DNA of 64,000 bases from an uncultured Thermoleophilia bacterium. Its GTDB lineage: Bacteria; Actinomycetota; Thermoleophilia; Gaiellales; Gaiellaceae. The stretch is from contig CAVVWG010000009.1 of assembly GCA_963751875.1 (NCBI GenBank), positions 4,722 to 68,721 of the forward strand, given 5' to 3'. Within the stretch, counting starts at the first letter, position 1. Every line of letters starts with the position of its first letter. The translations under genes and the position numbers were made by a program. Below the pieces are notes generated by a model. The model saw only the letters and a list, made by a program, of their open reading frames with translations, did no database searches and was not told the origin of the DNA. Below, one piece after another: positions 1 through 8,754 of the stretch.

Positions 1-527
1 GCCTGCTGACGACGCCGCTGCGCGACCGCTTCGGCATGACGTTCCGGCTCGGGTACTACGAGCCGGCCGCAGCTCGGCACGATCGTGCGCCGCTCGGCGG
101 GCATCCTCGAGGTCGAGATCGAGGACGACGCCGCCGACGAGATCGCGGGCCGCTCGCGCGGCACGCCGCGGATCGCGAACCGGATCCTGCGGCGGGTGCG
201 GGATGTCGCCGAGGTTCGCCACGCCGGCAAGATCACGAACGACGTCGCCCGCGAGGCGCTCGAGCTGCTCGAGGTCGACGGCCGCGGGTCTCGAGCGCAT
301 CGATCGCGAGCTGCTCTCTGCCGTGGCCGAGAAGTTCGGCGGCGGCCCGGTCGGCCTCTCGACGCTCGCCGTCGCGCTCGGCGAGGAGACCGACACGATC
401 GAGGACGTCTACGAGCCGTACCTGCTCCAGCTCGGGCTTTCTCCAGCGCACGCCGCGCGGCCGGATCATCACCGACCTGGGCCGGAAGCACGTCGGCGCC
501 GTCCGCGTCGACGGCAGCCTGTTCTGA
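1..527 (+). CDS. ruvB: Holliday junction branch migration helicase RuvB, 3' part (5'-truncated by window; frameshifted)
   Basis: Motifs [54 protein letters not shown] spread across three frames. Confidence 0.95.
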   Translation, partial: LLTTPLRDRFGMTFRLGYYEPAAARHDRAPLGGHPRGRDRGRRRRRDRGPLARHAADREPDPAAGAGCRRGSPRRQDHERRRPRGARAARGRRPRVSSASIASCSLPWPRSSAAARSASRRSPSRSARRPTRSRTSTSRTCSSSGFLQRTPRGRIITDLGRKHVGAVRVDGSLF

Positions 528-531
528 TCCG

Positions 532-853
532 ATGCCCGAGCTCTGGATTCCGGGGACGACCGGCGCCGCTCGACGAGCTCGTCAAGCGGATCGAGCGGCG
601 GATCGAGGGGTTTCGCGCCGAGCACGGGCTCGAGCGAGCAGGCGTCAGCGTCGAGCTCGCCGACGGCTCACTGCACCGGCTCGCGTCGATCTCGGCCGAG
701 CCGGGCTTCGGGTTCATCACGCTCTGCCCGCACTGCGAGCAGGGCGAGCCCGAGGAGCTGATCGTGCCGATCGGTGCCGTGCGCGAGATCAGGATCGGCC
801 TTGCGGAGGACGAGCCGAGGTTCGGCTTCGCGCCTCCGACCGCAGCAGGCTGA
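532..853 (+). CDS. hypothetical protein (one early frameshift)
   Basis: ATG at 532 (MPELWIPG) joins the frame ...[16 protein letters not shown]...[13 protein letters not shown]. Confidence 0.6.
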
Positions 854-859
854 GCCCGG

Positions 860-1325
860 CTAGCGCCTGAACTGCAGCGAGCGCCAGCTCGGCGTGGGGG
901 CGAGCTCGAGCAGCGCCCGGCCGCCTTCCGGCTCGGCGTAGCCGAAGTCGCCGGTGCTCTCGTCGAAGCTCACCTCGAGCAGGTTCTCCTTGACGCGGTG
1001 ATCGAGGTAGGCGCCGCGGAACACGAGCTTGCGCAGCCAGTAGACGAGCGACTCGCCGTCGTTCAGCGAGAGGCGCTCCCAGTGGCGCATCAGGTACGAG
1101 CCCGAACGAGCTGCGCGGCTGCTCGATCCGCCCGTCGGCCGCAAGCTCGACGAGATCGAGGGTCTCCTCCTCGTCGAGATCGCTGTCGGCGATCAGGTCG
1201 AGCTTCACCGCTGCGCCCATCACCCGCTCGCGGAAGTCCTCCGCGCCGAACGCGAACCGGTAGCCGAGGAACTCGAGCACGTAGTCGTCGCCCGACGCGT
1301 AGTTGTTGACCTCACCCTGGGGCAC
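860..1325 (-). CDS. hypothetical protein (frameshifted)
   Basis: [24 protein letters not shown] continues as [11 protein letters not shown]...WRSLQFRR; TAGCTT -10 lies 7 nt before the GTG. Confidence 0.7.
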
Positions 1326-1348
1326 GAGAGGAAAGCTACCCTCACCGC

Positions 1349-1564
1349 GTGAACTGGCGTATCGCGATCCCGATGACGTTTGCCGTCCTGGTGATCTGGT
1401 TCGTCGGCGCGGCCGTGACGAGGTACTCGCTCGAGCAGATGGCGTACCTCGCGCCGATCGCGGTCGTCGTCGTCGGCGTCCAGATCGGCCTCGTGATGCT
1501 CTGGGTGAAGATCATTCGCCAGTCGCGCAGCGACCGCCGCGCCCGCCGCGACGCCGCAGCCTAG
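1349..1564 (+). CDS. small membrane protein (2 TM)
   Basis: Two hydrophobic segments; TACCCT -10 six nt upstream of GTG. Confidence 0.7.
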   Translation: MNWRIAIPMTFAVLVIWFVGAAVTRYSLEQMAYLAPIAVVVVGVQIGLVMLWVKIIRQSRSDRRARRDAAA

Positions 1565-1581
1565 GGAGCACGTAACCCGGA

Positions 1582-1601
1582 GGAGAGGCTGAAGCCTCTC
1601 C
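1582..1601. repeat. REP-like palindrome GGAGAGGC-TGAA-GCCTCTCC
   Basis: Perfect 8-bp stem; same core recurs many times in the window. Confidence 0.8.
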
Positions 1602-1619
1602 CCAAGGATGGATCTGCGT

Positions 1620-1642
1620 CCGTCCGGGGCGGCGCCTACCGT
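1620..1642 (+). promoter_or_regulatory. putative PafBC-type leaderless promoter of recJ (CCGTCCG-N10-TACCGT)
   Basis: Same motif and spacing at 12655-12677 and 16689-16711; start codon 6 nt after the -10. Confidence 0.6.
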
Positions 1643-1648
1643 GACTGC

Positions 1649-3529
1649 ATGGCAGGTAGCTGGAAAGTCGAGCCCGTCGCGTTCCCCGAGGTGAGGGAGC
1701 TGATGGCCGCGCTCGACGTCTCGGAGACGCTCGCGACCGTGCTCGTGCGCCGCGGTCTCGGCGATCCCAGCGCCGCCCGGGCGTTCCTCGAGCCCGAGGG
1801 CATCACCCACGATCCACTGCTCCTCGGCGACATGGCGGCGGCCGTGGAGCGCCTGCGAGGGGCGGTCGAGCGGAACGAGCGGATCTGCGTCCACGGCGAC
1901 TACGACGTCGACGGCATCTGCTCGACGGCGCTCGCCGTGCTGACATTGAGGGAGATCGGCGCCGACGTCGGCTGGCACCTTCCGAGCCGGTTCGAGGAGG
2001 GCTACGGGGTCTCGGCGACGACGATCGCGCGCCTGGCCGAGGAGGGCGTGAAGCTCATCCTCACCGTCGACTGCGGCATCACCGCCGTCGCCGAGGTGGA
2101 AGAGGCCCGGCGGCTCGGCGTCGACATGATCGTCACCGACCATCACCGTCCCGGCGACACGCTGCCGGACTGCCCGATCGTCGCGACGAGGCCCTCCGAC
2201 TACCCGTTTCCCGACCTCTGCGGCACCGGCGTCGTCGTCAAGCTCGCGCAGGCGCTCCTCGGCGCCGACCATCCGGCGATCGCGCGGCACCAGGATCTCG
2301 TCGCGCTCGCGACGATCGCCGATGTCGTGCCGCTCGTCGACGAGAACCGCGCGCTCGCGAGCACCGGCCTGCGCGCACTCTCGCGCACCCAGAAGCCCGG
2401 GCTGCGGGCGCTGATGCGCGTCGCGGGCGTCGATCCGGCCACCGTCGACGCGACGGCCGTCGGCTTCCGTCTTGCGCCACGCCTCAATGCCGCCGGGAGG
2501 CTCGGCCGGCCGGACGTGGGCCTGCATCTCGTGCTGACGCAGGACGACCGCGAGGCCGACCTGCTCGCGAACGAGCTCGAGACGCTGAACCGCGACCGCC
2601 AGGCCGTCGAGGAGCGAATCCTCCGCGAGGCGGTCGCCGTCGTCGATGCGTGGCCGGCCGAGAAGCGCAGCCGCCGCGCCTACGTCGTCTGGGGCGAGGG
2701 CTGGCACGAGGGCGTGATCGGGATCGTCGCCTCGCGGCTCGTGGAGCGATTCGGCCGGCCGGTCGTGCTGATCGCCGGCGAAGGCGACAGCTGGAAGGGC
2801 TCCGGCAGATCGGTGCCGAGCTTCGACCTCCACGCGGGTCTCGCCGCCTGCGCCGGCCATCTCGAGCGCTTCGGCGGGCATCGTGCCGCCGCGGGACTTT
2901 CGATCCGCGGCGACGAGCTCGAGCCGTTCGCCGCCGCGTTCGCCGCCCACGCCGACGCGGAGCTGCTCGACGAGGATCTGGCGCCGGTCACCCGCATCGA
3001 CGCGATCGTTCCCGCATCGGCGCTGACGCTCGAGCTGGCGCGCGAGCTCGAGCAGCTCTCGCCGTTCGGGCTCGGCAATCCCGACGTGACGTTGCTCGTC
3101 GCCGGCTGCGAGGCGGTCGGCGCCTCGACGGTGGGAGAGGGCAAGCACCTGCGCTTCCGCGTGCGCCAGCACGGGCGCGATGCGGGCAGCGCGATCGCCT
3201 TCGGGCTCGGGGGCCAGCTGGAGCGGCTCCAGGGCGCCTCGCGCTTCGACGTGGCGTTCAGGCTCAAGCAGAACCGCTGGAACGGCACCGTCTCGCCGCA
3301 GCTCGTCGTGCGGCGGGTGTTCGACACCGCGGCGGCCTACGACGAATTGCGGCTCTGGCTCGCGGAGCTGTGGCGGGCGGGCGAGACCGCCTGGACGCCC
3401 GAGGCGCGGCGGGTCTTCGACGAGCTCGCCATCGACGGTGCGGCCGGCAAGCGGCAGCTGCTCGAGTCACCGACCTTCCGGGTCCTGCTCGAGCACGGCG
3501 CGCCGATCACGTTGCCGCAGGCGGCGTAG
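1649..3529 (+). CDS. recJ: single-stranded DNA exonuclease RecJ
   Basis: GDYDVDG, TVDCG, TDHH, APRLNAAGR, GSGRS, FGGH motifs. Confidence 0.97.
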   Translation: MAGSWKVEPVAFPEVRELMAALDVSETLATVLVRRGLGDPSAARAFLEPEGITHDPLLLGDMAAAVERLRGAVERNERICVHGDYDVDGICSTALAVLTLREIGADVGWHLPSRFEEGYGVSATTIARLAEEGVKLILTVDCGITAVAEVEEARRLGVDMIVTDHHRPGDTLPDCPIVATRPSDYPFPDLCGTGVVVKLAQALLGADHPAIARHQDLVALATIADVVPLVDENRALASTGLRALSRTQKPGLRALMRVAGVDPATVDATAVGFRLAPRLNAAGRLGRPDVGLHLVLTQDDREADLLANELETLNRDRQAVEERILREAVAVVDAWPAEKRSRRAYVVWGEGWHEGVIGIVASRLVERFGRPVVLIAGEGDSWKGSGRSVPSFDLHAGLAACAGHLERFGGHRAAAGLSIRGDELEPFAAAFAAHADAELLDEDLAPVTRIDAIVPASALTLELARELEQLSPFGLGNPDVTLLVAGCEAVGASTVGEGKHLRFRVRQHGRDAGSAIAFGLGGQLERLQGASRFDVAFRLKQNRWNGTVSPQLVVRRVFDTAAAYDELRLWLAELWRAGETAWTPEARRVFDELAIDGAAGKRQLLESPTFRVLLEHGAPITLPQAA

Positions 3530-3532
3530 AGG

Positions 3533-3673
3533 CTAGAAGGTTGCGCGGCGGACGCTCAGGCGGTTCGCCTGGCGTCGGGCCCCTGGGCGCTCCGCCTTGC
3601 AGAGCGACTGCTCCAGCTCCGCCAGCAGCCGCAGCACGCGGCGGCGCTCGAGATATCGGTGGAAAACACCCAT
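3533..3673 (-). CDS. 46-aa basic small protein MGVFHRYLERRRVLRLLAELEQSLCKAERPGARRQANRLSVRRATF
   Basis: ORF fills the recJ-relA gap; AAGGA SD-like sequence about 10 nt upstream; below the ORF-track cutoff. Confidence 0.45.
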   Translation of the reverse strand: MGVFHRYLERRRVLRLLAELEQSLCKAERPGARRQANRLSVRRATF

Positions 3674-3742
3674 GACTCAGTGTTCCTTCGGCATCGGGAT
3701 TCCCAAACCTGTCACTCGAAAGGGCACAAGTAGACTGAGACC

Positions 3743-5948
3743 ATGACCGTCGTCGATGCGGAGCGTCACCAGAACGACCTCGTCAACGAGCTGATCGCAA
3801 GTGTCGAGGCCTACAACCCTGGCGTCGACAAGGAGCTGATCCGCCGCGCGTTCGACGAGGCCGAGCGCGCCCACCGCGGTCAGGTACGGCGCTCCGGCGA
3901 GCCGTTCATCAACCACCCGCTCGGCGTCGCCCTGATCTGCGCCCAGCTCCACCTCGACGAGCAGACGATTGCCGCCGCGCTGCTGCACGACGTGATCGAG
4001 GACACCGATACCGACCTCGACGAGCTCAGAGCCGCGTTCGGGCCGGACATCGCGCTCGCTCGTCGAGGGCGTCACCAAGCTCACCCGGATCAGCTTCCAG
4101 AGCCGCGAGCAGGCGGAGGCGGAGAACTACCGCAAGATGATCGTGGCGATGGCGCAGGACGTGCGCGTGATCCTGATCAAGCTCGCCGACCGGCTCCACA
4201 ACATGCGCACGATCGAGTACCTCGGCAAGCAGAAGCAGGTGCAGAAGGCGAAGGAGACGCTCGAGGTCTACGCGCCGCTCGCCCACCGGCTCGGTATCCA
4301 CGCCGTGAAGTGGGAGCTCGAGGATCTCTCCTTCCAGATCCTCCACCCGCGCAAGTACGCCGAGATCAAGGCGATGGTCGCCGACCGCCGCGCCGACCGC
4401 GAGGAGCAGGTCGAGATGGCCGCGGCCGAGCTCAAGGACGACCTCGAGAAGGCCGACATCCCCGCGCACATCTCGGGCCGCGCGAAGCACTTCTACTCGA
4501 TCTACGACAAGATGGCCAAGAAGGGCCGCGAGTTCAACGAGATCTACGACCTCACCGCGATGCGCGTCCTGATCGAGCGCGGCGGCGAGGAGGGAACGCG
4601 CGATTGCTACGCCGCCCTCGGGATCATCCACGCGCTCTGGAAGCCGATGCCCGGGCGCTTCAAGGACTTCATCGCGATGCCGAAGCTCAACCGGTACCGC
4701 TCGCTGCACACCACCGTGATCGGGCCGAACGGCACGCCGCTCGAGATCCAGGTGCGGACGCGCGAGATGCACGAGGAGGCCGAGTACGGCGTCGCGGCGC
4801 ACTGGCTCTACAAGCGCGGCCGCTCCGCCAAGGGCGACGACGAGTGGGTCGCCTGGGTCAAGACGCTGATGGACTGGCAGGGCGACGACCAGGACGCGGC
4901 CGAGTACATGCGGACGCTCCGCACCGACCTGTTCGACGACGAGGTGTACGTCTTCACGCCGAAGGGCGAGGTGAAGACGCTGCCCGCCGGCGCGACCCCG
5001 ATCGACTTCGCCTACGCCGTGCACACCGACGTCGGCCACAAGACGGTCGGCGCCAAGGTCAACAGCAGGATCGTGCCGCTGCACTACAAGCTGAAGAACG
5101 GCGACTTCGTCGAGATCCTCACCTCGAAGTCGGGTCGCGGCCCGTCGCGCGACTGGATGTCGCTCGCTGCATCCTCGCGCGCCCGCAACAAGATCCGGCA
5201 GTGGTTCCAGCGCGAGACGAAGGGCGAGACCGAGGCGAAGGGCCGCGAGGCGCTCGACCAGGCGCTGAAGGCGCAGAACCTGCCCTACCGCAAGCTGCAG
5301 GGCTCGGCGGTGCTGGCCGAGGTGATCCGCGACCTCGGGTTCAAGCGGGCGGAGGACTTCTACCTCGCGGTCGGCTCCGGCAAGCTCGGCACCGGCCAGG
5401 TCGTCAACAAGGTGCTCCAGCGGCTGAAGACCGATCAGGTCGCCGAGGAGCCGGCCGTGACGCTGAAGCAGCCGAAGGCGCGCTCCACGGTCGCGGGCGA
5501 GAGCCTCGGCATCGTCGTCCAGGGCGTCGACGACGTGTTGCTGCGGCTCGCGAAGTGCTGCACGCCGGTGCCGGGTGACGCGATCCGCGGCTACATCTCA
5601 CTCGGCCGCGGGATCACGATCCATCGCGCCGACTGCCCGAACGTGAAGGCGCTGATGCGCAATCCGGAGCGGTTCACGCCGGTCGAGTGGGAGGGAAGCG
5701 CGAAGGCGAGCTTCCGCGTCCAGATCGCCGTCGAGGCCTGGGATCGCGCCCGGCTGCTCGAGGACGTCGCCCGCACCTTCTCCGAGCACGGCGCCAACAT
5801 CGTCGCCTACGGCGGCACCGTCGAGGACGGGATGGCGAAGAACTGGTACACCGCCGAGCTCGGCGACGTCAACGACCTGCGCTCGCTGCTCTCGGCGCTC
5901 CGGCACCTCGACGCCGTGTTCGACGCGTACCGCGTGACGCCGGGCTGA
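3743..5948 (+). CDS. relA: bifunctional (p)ppGpp synthetase/hydrolase Rel (frameshift near 4060)
   Basis: HxGQxRRSGEPFINHP, LLHDVIED, IKLADRLHNMRT, YRSLHTTV, TGS domain, CCTPVPGD, ACT domain. Confidence 0.97.
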
Positions 5949-5960
5949 GCGAGCGGGCGC

Positions 5961-6017
5961 GGGATGAGGCTGCAGCCCAGCGTTCTCCCGACGAGCGGGT
6001 TGAGGCTGAAGCCTCCC
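5961..6017. repeat. degenerate REP doublet between convergent genes
   Basis: GAGGCTGCAGCC followed by GAGGCTGAAGCCTC. Confidence 0.6.
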
Positions 6018-6023
6018 TAGCCT

Positions 6024-6656
6024 CTAGACCGGCGAGCCGGGCAGCCCGCGAATCGCGTCGAGATCGGCATCGCCCTCGGCCCACTTGACGGCCTTGGGGT
6101 CGAGCTCGAACGCGGCCCGCAGCGATGCGATCGCAGCGTCCGTGTCGCCCGCGAGGGACTGCCAGCACGCGAGGGAGTAGAGGACGCCCGCATGGTCGGG
6201 GAACCGCTCCTGCGCGTCGCCGAGCAGCTCGAGCGCCGCCGCATGGTCCCCGCTCTCGCGGTACTTCTCGGCCTCGAAGTACCACTCCCAGGCCGACGGG
6301 GTGTGCACGCCCGGGACGCCGCCGATCGCGAGCACGGTGGTGCCCGGCTCGACCGCGACGGCGGAGCGCCGAACCTTCGGGTCGCGGATGAAGACGACCG
6401 TGCCCTGCGGCGCGTCGATCTCCTCGCCGTCGAGCGAGAACGTGGCCTGGCCGACGATCACGACGTACGCCTCCTGATGCCCGAGGGTCTCCTCGGTGTG
6501 CTCCTCGACGACGTGGTCGCCGACCGCCGTCGCGGAGTAGGCGTTGATCCCGAATGCGTCGATGCCGAGCGTGCGGCGCAGCGGCTTCCACTGCACGCCG
6601 GCGACGGAGATCGGCTCGATCTCGGGGATCCTGACGACGGTGTACGGCTCTGACAC
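6024..6656 (-). CDS. cupin-domain plus TPR-like protein
   Basis: EHTE...HQEAYVVIVGQATF cupin motif; C-terminal YSLACWQSLAG...AFELDP TPR_end type. Confidence 0.8.
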   Translation of the reverse strand: MSEPYTVVRIPEIEPISVAGVQWKPLRRTLGIDAFGINAYSATAVGDHVVEEHTEETLGHQEAYVVIVGQATFSLDGEEIDAPQGTVVFIRDPKVRRSAVAVEPGTTVLAIGGVPGVHTPSAWEWYFEAEKYRESGDHAAALELLGDAQERFPDHAGVLYSLACWQSLAGDTDAAIASLRAAFELDPKAVKWAEGDADLDAIRGLPGSPV

Positions 6657-6771
6657 GCCGCCAACCTACCAGCCTGCGCCGCCCATGACCGGCCGTGCCC
6701 CGCACCCCTTTCGAGGGATGAGAAGCATCCCTCGAGCAAGGGATTGCATCCCCCGACTGCGTGCATACAAC

Positions 6772-6832
6772 TAAGACCAAGGGGGAAGAGGGGTAACGTC
6801 GCAGTGGCCGCCCGTTCGCGGGCGGCCCGCGG
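6772..6832 (+). ncRNA. candidate small RNA ending in a GC-rich UUCG hairpin
   Basis: TTGCAT/TACAAC promoter-like elements upstream, purine tract GGGGGAAGAGGGG, hairpin GGCCGCCCG-TTCG-CGGGCGGCC, no ORF. Confidence 0.3.
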
Positions 6833-6842
6833 CGGACAAGCT

Positions 6843-7298
6843 CTAGCTCAGGTCGGAGCCTTCGAACTCCCGCACCCGTTCCGCTGCATGCTCGGGCACC
6901 GGCACGGGCCGGCGGGTGGCGATGTCGATCAGCACCGCGGTCTGGGTGCCCGTGACCATCAGCTCGTCGTCCGGGAGCCGGTAGGCGGCAACGTCGTAGG
7001 TGACGCTCGTGCGGCCGATGCGGCTGACGCGGACGAAGCACTCGAGCAGGTCGTCGAAGCGCGCCGGAGCGAGATACTCGACGTTCGACGCTCGCATCAC
7101 GAACTCGGCTCCGTCGATCCGCAGCGACCCGAGATGGCGGTGGTACTCCGTGCGTGCGTGGTCGAAGTACGGCAGGTAGCGGCCGTAGTAGACGACGCCC
7201 TGGGCATCGGTGTCCGAGAACCAGACGCGCGTGAGCGCGGAGTAGCGAAACGGCGGCCGGCGATCGGTGGTGCGGCCGAGCTCGAGAGGATCGTCCAC
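6843..7298 (-). CDS. acyl-CoA thioesterase (YbgC/4HBT hotdog fold)
   Basis: RVWFSDTDAQGVVYYGRYLPYFDHAR motif. Confidence 0.9.
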   Translation of the reverse strand: MDDPLELGRTTDRRPPFRYSALTRVWFSDTDAQGVVYYGRYLPYFDHARTEYHRHLGSLRIDGAEFVMRASNVEYLAPARFDDLLECFVRVSRIGRTSVTYDVAAYRLPDDELMVTGTQTAVLIDIATRRPVPVPEHAAERVREFEGSDLS

Positions 7299-7303
7299 GC
7301 CGC

Positions 7304-8651
7304 TCAGCTCTGGATCAGGGTGACGAGCTCGTCGCGCCGAGCGACCATCTCCGCCTCGGACAGCGCCTCGAGGTTGAGGCGGAGGAGCGGCTCGGTGTTC
7401 GACGGCCGCACGTTGAAGTGCCAGCTCGCGAAGTCGACCGAGACGCCGTCGAGGTGCGAGATCCGGCCGCCCTCGGCGGCGTAGCGCTGCTCGATCTCCT
7501 GCAGCTTGCCCGGCACGTCCGCGACCGGGGTGTTGATCTCGCCCGTGATGAAGAAGTTCTCGCGGAACGGCCGCAGGATCTCGGAGAGCTTCTCGCCGCG
7601 CTTCGAGATCAGCTCGAGCATGAGCAGGAACGGCACCACGCCCGTGTCGGCCTGGGTGAAGTCGCGGAAGTAGTAGTGCGCCGAGACCTCGCCGGCGAAG
7701 ATCGCGTGCTCCTCGCGCATCCGGTGCTTGATGAACGCGTGGCCGACGCGGTTGACCAGCGCCGTGCCGCCGGCGGCGGCGATCGTGCGCGGCACCGCCC
7801 AGCTGGCGCGGACGTCGTAGAGGACGGTCCCACCGGGGCTCTTGCCGAGCATCACCTCGGCGAGCAGCGCGGTGACGAAGTCGCCCGGCACGAACTCGCC
7901 CGTGTCGTCGACGAAGAAGCACCGGTCGGCATCCCCGTCGTAGGCGACGCCGAGCGCCGCCCCTTCCTCCAGCGTCTTGCCGACGATGAACGCGCGGTTC
8001 TCCTCGAGCAGCGGGTTTGGCTCGTGGTTCGGGAAGGTGCCGTCCGGCTCGAAGTAGCAGCGGTTGACCTCGACCTGCGGCAGCCGATCGAGCACCGGCG
8101 GCAGCATCGCCCCGGCCATGCCGTTGGCGGCGTCGACGACGATCTTCAGCGGCGTGATCGCGTCGACGTCGACGAAGGAGAGCACCTTGTCGACGAAGCC
8201 GGGCCAGACGTCGAGCGGCGTGATCTCGCCGCGCTGCGTAACCGGGCCGAATCCGGCCTGGGCGCCCATGCGCACGTCCTCGAGGCCCGAGTCGCCACCG
8301 ACGGGGAGCGCTCCCGGCCCGGACGATCTTCATGCCCGTGTACTGCTTCGGATTGTGCGACGCGGTGACGCAGATCCCGCCGTCGAGGCCGAGCTCGCCG
8401 ACCGCGTAGTAGACCATCTCGGTGCCGACCATCCCGAGGTCTCGGACGTCGGCGCCACCGTCCGCGGCGCCCTCCATCACGGCGGCTGCCATCGACGGCG
8501 CGGAGACGCGCATGTCGCGGCCGACGGCGATCGAGTGGGGCCGAAAGTGCTCCACGTACGCGCGTCCGATCGCGTACCCACCCTCCTCGTCGAGCTCCGA
8601 GCCATAGAGGCCGCGAACGTCGTACGCCTTGAAGATGCCTGGATCGAGCAT
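7304..8651 (-). CDS. manB: phosphomannomutase/phosphoglucomutase (frameshift near 8310)
   Basis: IFKAYDVRG, TASHNP, DGDADR, GEVSAHYY, RPSNTEP. Confidence 0.93.
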
Positions 8652-8754
8652 GGACCGTGATGCTATCGCCGCGCGGGCCGACGAGGAGGAGGCCAATTGA
8701 AATGGCCGGTTTGCCGCACCCCGGCAGGTCCGGCCGTGCGCCTATCCTTCAGGG

